A stretch of 62,227 bases of DNA from Syntrophorhabdales bacterium (GTDB taxonomy: Bacteria > Desulfobacterota > Syntrophorhabdia > Syntrophorhabdales > WCHB1-27), in contig JBEKOT010000007.1 of NCBI GenBank assembly GCA_049521495.1, positions 1 to 62,227 of the forward strand, given 5' to 3'. The position numbers were made by a program, and so were the translations under genes. Of this stretch, positions 58,351 to 62,227 are shown piece by piece. The stretch's first letter is position 1, and every line of letters starts with the position of its first letter. The notes under the pieces are model-generated. The model was not told the origin of the DNA, made no database searches, and saw only the letters and a list, made by a program, of their open reading frames with translations.

Positions 58351-60018
58351 ATGGCACATCCGGACGGGGAAAGACTTGAAAAGGACTCAAAAGCAAAAGA
58401 AGGGCCGCAGGGCGGCAAAGGCGGGGCGACGTCGAGCGGACTCGAGCGAAGATACAGGGAACTCTTCGAGAAGGCGCCGACGCCTCTCCTCATTTCGCGG
58501 CTGAACGGAGACATCCTAGAGGCGAACCCCGCCTTCTATAAGCTACTCGACTATCCGGCCGACGGCTCGGCGAAGCTGAACTTCATGAGGGACAGACTTT
58601 ACCAGACGCCCGAAGTGAGGACCAAGGTCTGTCAGAGGCTCCTCGAAGACGGTATGCTCGAGGATATCGAATTGAACCTCCTCGACCGGTGCGGGAACCC
58701 CGTCCCGGTTCTGGTTTCGTACGCATTCATCGACCTGGCCGGGGAACGCTGCATCGAATCGGCCTATAAAAACATAAGCTTGCGCCACGAGCTGGAAAAA
58801 AAGCTGATCGAGCAAAACGAAAACCTTGAAAAAAGCGTCCTCGAGCGGACGGTCGACCTTGAGAACCAGAAAAACCTTCTCATGAAGAAGAACCAGGAAT
58901 TGAAAGCAATGACCGAAAAGCTGAAAGAGCACAAGACCAGGCTCCAGACGCTTTTCAAGGCCATCACGGACACCGTTACCGTGATCGATACGGACTTCAA
59001 CATCCTAATGTGCAATCAGAAGCACATCGGCAGGGGGAAGTGCTACAAGAAGGTCTTCTTACAGGAAGAGCGCTGCCAGGAATGCCTCGCGCAAAAGGTC
59101 TTCACCGAGAGGACCTCCGTCTCCATGGAAAAGGTTGTGGACGACGAATACTACCTGCTCCAGGCTTACCCGATCTTCGACGCGGAATGCCGGATCACGG
59201 GCATCCTGGAGATATCGAGACTCATCACCAAGGAAAAAAACATGGAGCGTCAGCTCCTTCAGGCGGATAAACTGGCCTCTCTCGGGCAGCTCGTCTCCGG
59301 TATCGGCCATGAGATCAACAACCCCAATACCTTTATCCGGGGCAACCTCTTCATCGTCCAGGAGGCGATGGGAGATATCTTCCCCATCCTTGACGAACAC
59401 TACGGGGCTCACTCGGACATGAAGATCGCGCGCCTTGATTACGATGTTTTCAGGAAGAACATCCCGGTCCTCATGCAGGATATGGCGGAAGGCGCGAACC
59501 GGATCAAGGGCATTGTCGACGGGCTCCGCAAATTCGGCAAGCGGGACGAGGGGTTCCTGAACGAAGCCGTCAACCTCAACCTGATCACGGAAAGCTGCCT
59601 CAGGCTGGTGGACAATCAGATCAGGCGCACTGCGGACGTCAGGGCCAGCCTCGAGGAGGAGCTGCCCGCCATCATGGGCAACTCACAGAAGCTGCAGCAG
59701 GTAATCCTGAATATCCTGATTAATGCCTCCCAAGCCATCGACAAGCCGAGAGGGACCATCAAGGTCTCCACAAAGTTCGACGGCAAAGAAGTGATCGTCA
59801 GGGTGAAGGACAACGGAAAGGGCATGGAGGAAAAGACCATAAGCCAGATTTTCGACCCCTTCTTTACGACGAAGAGGCACCAGGGCGGGACCGGCCTCGG
59901 CCTTTCCATCGCTTACGGCATCATCAAGGAACATAAGGGCAGGATAGAGGTGGTCAGCGAGGTTGGGGTGGGGACAACTTTCTGCACCTACCTTCCCGCT
60001 GCGCAGGCGGAGGCGTGA
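58351..60018 (+). CDS. Cytoplasmic PAS-PAS sensor histidine kinase
   Basis: No TM; PAS (ELFEKAP..ANPAF), coiled coil, Cys-containing PAS, GIGHEINNP, NILINA, DNGKG, PFFTTK, GTGLGL. Confidence 0.93.
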   Translation: MAHPDGERLEKDSKAKEGPQGGKGGATSSGLERRYRELFEKAPTPLLISRLNGDILEANPAFYKLLDYPADGSAKLNFMRDRLYQTPEVRTKVCQRLLEDGMLEDIELNLLDRCGNPVPVLVSYAFIDLAGERCIESAYKNISLRHELEKKLIEQNENLEKSVLERTVDLENQKNLLMKKNQELKAMTEKLKEHKTRLQTLFKAITDTVTVIDTDFNILMCNQKHIGRGKCYKKVFLQEERCQECLAQKVFTERTSVSMEKVVDDEYYLLQAYPIFDAECRITGILEISRLITKEKNMERQLLQADKLASLGQLVSGIGHEINNPNTFIRGNLFIVQEAMGDIFPILDEHYGAHSDMKIARLDYDVFRKNIPVLMQDMAEGANRIKGIVDGLRKFGKRDEGFLNEAVNLNLITESCLRLVDNQIRRTADVRASLEEELPAIMGNSQKLQQVILNILINASQAIDKPRGTIKVSTKFDGKEVIVRVKDNGKGMEEKTISQIFDPFFTTKRHQGGTGLGLSIAYGIIKEHKGRIEVVSEVGVGTTFCTYLPAAQAEA

Positions 60019-60022
60019 TGAA

Positions 60023-61387
60023 ATGAACCGGATATTGGTAATCGACGATGACCAGGCGGTACTCAATTATCTGAAAATTTTTCTGCTCCAGTCGGGCCAA
60101 TTCGACGTTACCACCTTCAGTAACAGCACGAAGGCAGTGGCCGAGATTTGGAAGAATTCCTATGACCTCCTCATTCTAGACATGGACATGCCCGATGTGA
60201 CCGGGCTCGACATACTGAAGAACATCCACGAGAACAATATCGACATCGAGACGATCGTCCTCACCGGTGTGGAGGACGTGGAGCTCGCAGTTTCGGCGGT
60301 GAAGCTGGGAGCTATGGAGTACCTGACAAAGCCCGTGGACAACGAGCGCCTTCTCAGGCTGATCAATACCGCCCTGGAGCACAGGAGGCACCAGAAGATT
60401 ATCGAGGAGGGGGAGTCCGTCTCCGCCGATGACCTGGAGTTCAAGGACGCCTTCAAGGATATTGTCACGGGCAATGAAAAGATGCACAAACTCTTTTCAA
60501 TGGTTGAGAAGATGGCCGTGACCGAGAACAGCATCCTCGTCTGGGGCGAGAGCGGAACCGGAAAGGAATTGATAGCCCGGGCCATCCATCGCATCAGCAA
60601 GAGAAGCAACCAGAGTTTTATCGCAGTCAACGCCGGGGCCTTCGCCAACGAGCTTTTCGCATCCGAGTTCTTCGGGCACAGCCAGGGCGCGTTCACGGGC
60701 GCAACCTCGCACAAAAGGGGCCTTGTGGAAGAGGCGGACAAGGGTACGCTCTTTCTGGACGAGATAGGCGAGTTGGCTCTACCTATACAGGTAAAGCTGC
60801 TCAGGGTGCTTCAGGAGGGCGAGTTCTTCCGCCTCGGCTCTACAAAGAACCAGAAGGTCGATGTGAGGATTATCGCCGCCACCAACAAGAACCTCCACGA
60901 AGAGATAAAGAAGGGCAATTTCAGGAAAGACCTTTTTTATCGACTCAATATGAATTCCGTCTACCTCCCGCCGCTGCGCGAGAGGAAGGGCGATGTCCCG
61001 CTTTTGGCCAACCACTTTCTGGCCGCATTCTGCAGGGGCAACGGCAAGAAGATCGAGAGGATATCGGAAGGAGCGATGAAGCTCCTAACTCATTACGACT
61101 ACCCCGGGAACGTGCGGGAGATGATGAACATCATAAACAGCGCTGTTATCATCGAATCGACCGGCGAACTGCGGAAGAAGTCTTTTCCCAATTATTTTCT
61201 GGAAAACACCGTAGTAGGCGACAACAACATAGGCGACATTTCGGTAAAAAGCCTGGAAGAAGTCGAGAATGACCACATCAGGAAGATCCTCGCCTATACG
61301 GGCGGCAACAGGACTAAGGCCTCCCAGATCCTTGGCATATCTCGAATAAGTCTGCTCGCGAAGATCAGGAAGTACAAACTGGAGTAA
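60023..61387 (+). CDS. Sigma54-dependent response regulator (NtrC family)
   Basis: REC, GESGTGKE, GAFTGA, LFLDEIGEL, YPGNVRE, Fis-type HTH. Confidence 0.96.
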   Translation: MNRILVIDDDQAVLNYLKIFLLQSGQFDVTTFSNSTKAVAEIWKNSYDLLILDMDMPDVTGLDILKNIHENNIDIETIVLTGVEDVELAVSAVKLGAMEYLTKPVDNERLLRLINTALEHRRHQKIIEEGESVSADDLEFKDAFKDIVTGNEKMHKLFSMVEKMAVTENSILVWGESGTGKELIARAIHRISKRSNQSFIAVNAGAFANELFASEFFGHSQGAFTGATSHKRGLVEEADKGTLFLDEIGELALPIQVKLLRVLQEGEFFRLGSTKNQKVDVRIIAATNKNLHEEIKKGNFRKDLFYRLNMNSVYLPPLRERKGDVPLLANHFLAAFCRGNGKKIERISEGAMKLLTHYDYPGNVREMMNIINSAVIIESTGELRKKSFPNYFLENTVVGDNNIGDISVKSLEEVENDHIRKILAYTGGNRTKASQILGISRISLLAKIRKYKLE

Positions 61388-61456
61388 TCCTAGGCGCCCA
61401 CGCCATGCGGTGATCCGTGACCAAGCCTTCGGTGCGGCTCCCGCCCGACCGGCAGT

Positions 61457-61972
61457 TTAGGAGCCGCAGCCCTCGCCGCACGTGCTGCCGCACGATGAGG
61501 CGCCGCAGCCGCAGGTCTCCTGATGGGCCTCCGCGAGCTCATCTGTAGTCGCGTCCCGCACGTCGAGGACCTCTACGTCGAAGCTTAGCGTCATGCCGGC
61601 AAGAGGATGGTTCCCGTCGAGGAGGACCTTATCCTCCTCGATCCTGGCTATGGTCGCCACCATTGCCCCATCGGGTGCGCGCACCCTGAGCGCCATGCCG
61701 ACCGAAATCTCGGGCAACTCCCTAAACTGCTCTTTCTTGACGAGGAAAAGGAGTTCAGGCCGGCGCTCCCCGTATGCTTCTTCGGGCTTCACGGTGAAGG
61801 AGAAGGCGTCCTTCGGCGATCTTCCCTCAAGGGCATTCTCGAAACCGCTTATCATCCCCGACCCCTGGATATACGTAAGGGGCGCCCGCTCCTTCGACGA
61901 TTCGAGGACTTCCCCTTCCTCGTTCGTAAGGGTATAATTGACTGTGACAGCTTTGTCTTTGGCTATTATCAT
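61457..61972 (-). CDS. slyD: FKBP-type peptidyl-prolyl isomerase SlyD
   Basis: V.YTL, GMISGFE.AL, PEEAYGER, DGNHPLAG..L.F, Cys-rich tail. Confidence 0.93.
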   Translation of the reverse strand: MIIAKDKAVTVNYTLTNEEGEVLESSKERAPLTYIQGSGMISGFENALEGRSPKDAFSFTVKPEEAYGERRPELLFLVKKEQFRELPEISVGMALRVRAPDGAMVATIARIEEDKVLLDGNHPLAGMTLSFDVEVLDVRDATTDELAEAHQETCGCGASSCGSTCGEGCGS

Positions 61973-62100
61973 GATGCTCCTCTCTTGCACCGCCTTCGCT
62001 AAGGGCGGCGTGATCTGTCTGTTGAAATAGTTTAAACGTGTTTAGGCCCCAATATCCAGTGGGGGTATTATGCGCGGCCGGGTTGATTTCGCGCTGTCTC

Positions 62101-62227
62101 TCAGGCGGCCTCACCTAAAAGCCGGAGCATCCCGTCGGCGCTCGATGTCGGCAAAGCGCAGGCGTTATTGGAGCAGACGTACGCAAGGGCTGCTCCACGG
62201 TCCGAGCGGTACGGCTGCACAAAAGGA
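62101..62227 (-). CDS. 3' end of a YyaL/SPATA20-like thioredoxin domain-containing protein (partial)
   Basis: ...GAALAYVCSNNACALPTSSADGMLRLLGEAA*, the AYVC.N..C.LP C-terminal motif. Confidence 0.7.
   Translation of the reverse strand, partial: PFVQPYRSDRGAALAYVCSNNACALPTSSADGMLRLLGEAA

Overview
GC-rich chromosomal window from an anaerobic Gram-negative bacterium. Gene content and order (parAB-atpF'FHAGDC without atpBE, rpsB-tsf-pyrH-frr-uppS-cdsA-dxr-rseP-tsaB, selB, sigma54 two-component system) suggest Desulfobacterota, possibly a Syntrophorhabdia-like syntroph (inference). Left to right: the end of a kdp operon with a damaged kdpC and a porin; a mosaic of gene remnants; a TRAP fused permease; a divergent membrane H+-pyrophosphatase; ATP synthase genes and parAB-rsmG; a single ORF fusing BamD to an LptA-like domain; trxA with two Cys4 microproteins; the rpsB-tsaB cluster; envelope genes; selB; a radical SAM gene with a basic microprotein; a frameshifted MATE; a spoVG remnant; class I FBA and PPi-type PFK; tRNA-Met, HU and a short ThyA. 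The right end holds a sigma54/IHF-driven locus: a REC-2xAsnC-like regulator, a three-subunit HydC/HydB/GltD-FdhA-like flavin Fe-S oxidoreductase (Stn-type bifurcating transhydrogenase-like), a PAS kinase and an NtrC-type activator. I saw no CRISPR array, rRNA, integrase or transposase. The best leads are the BamD-LptA fusion and the regulated Stn-like locus. All family calls come from motif recognition, not database searches.
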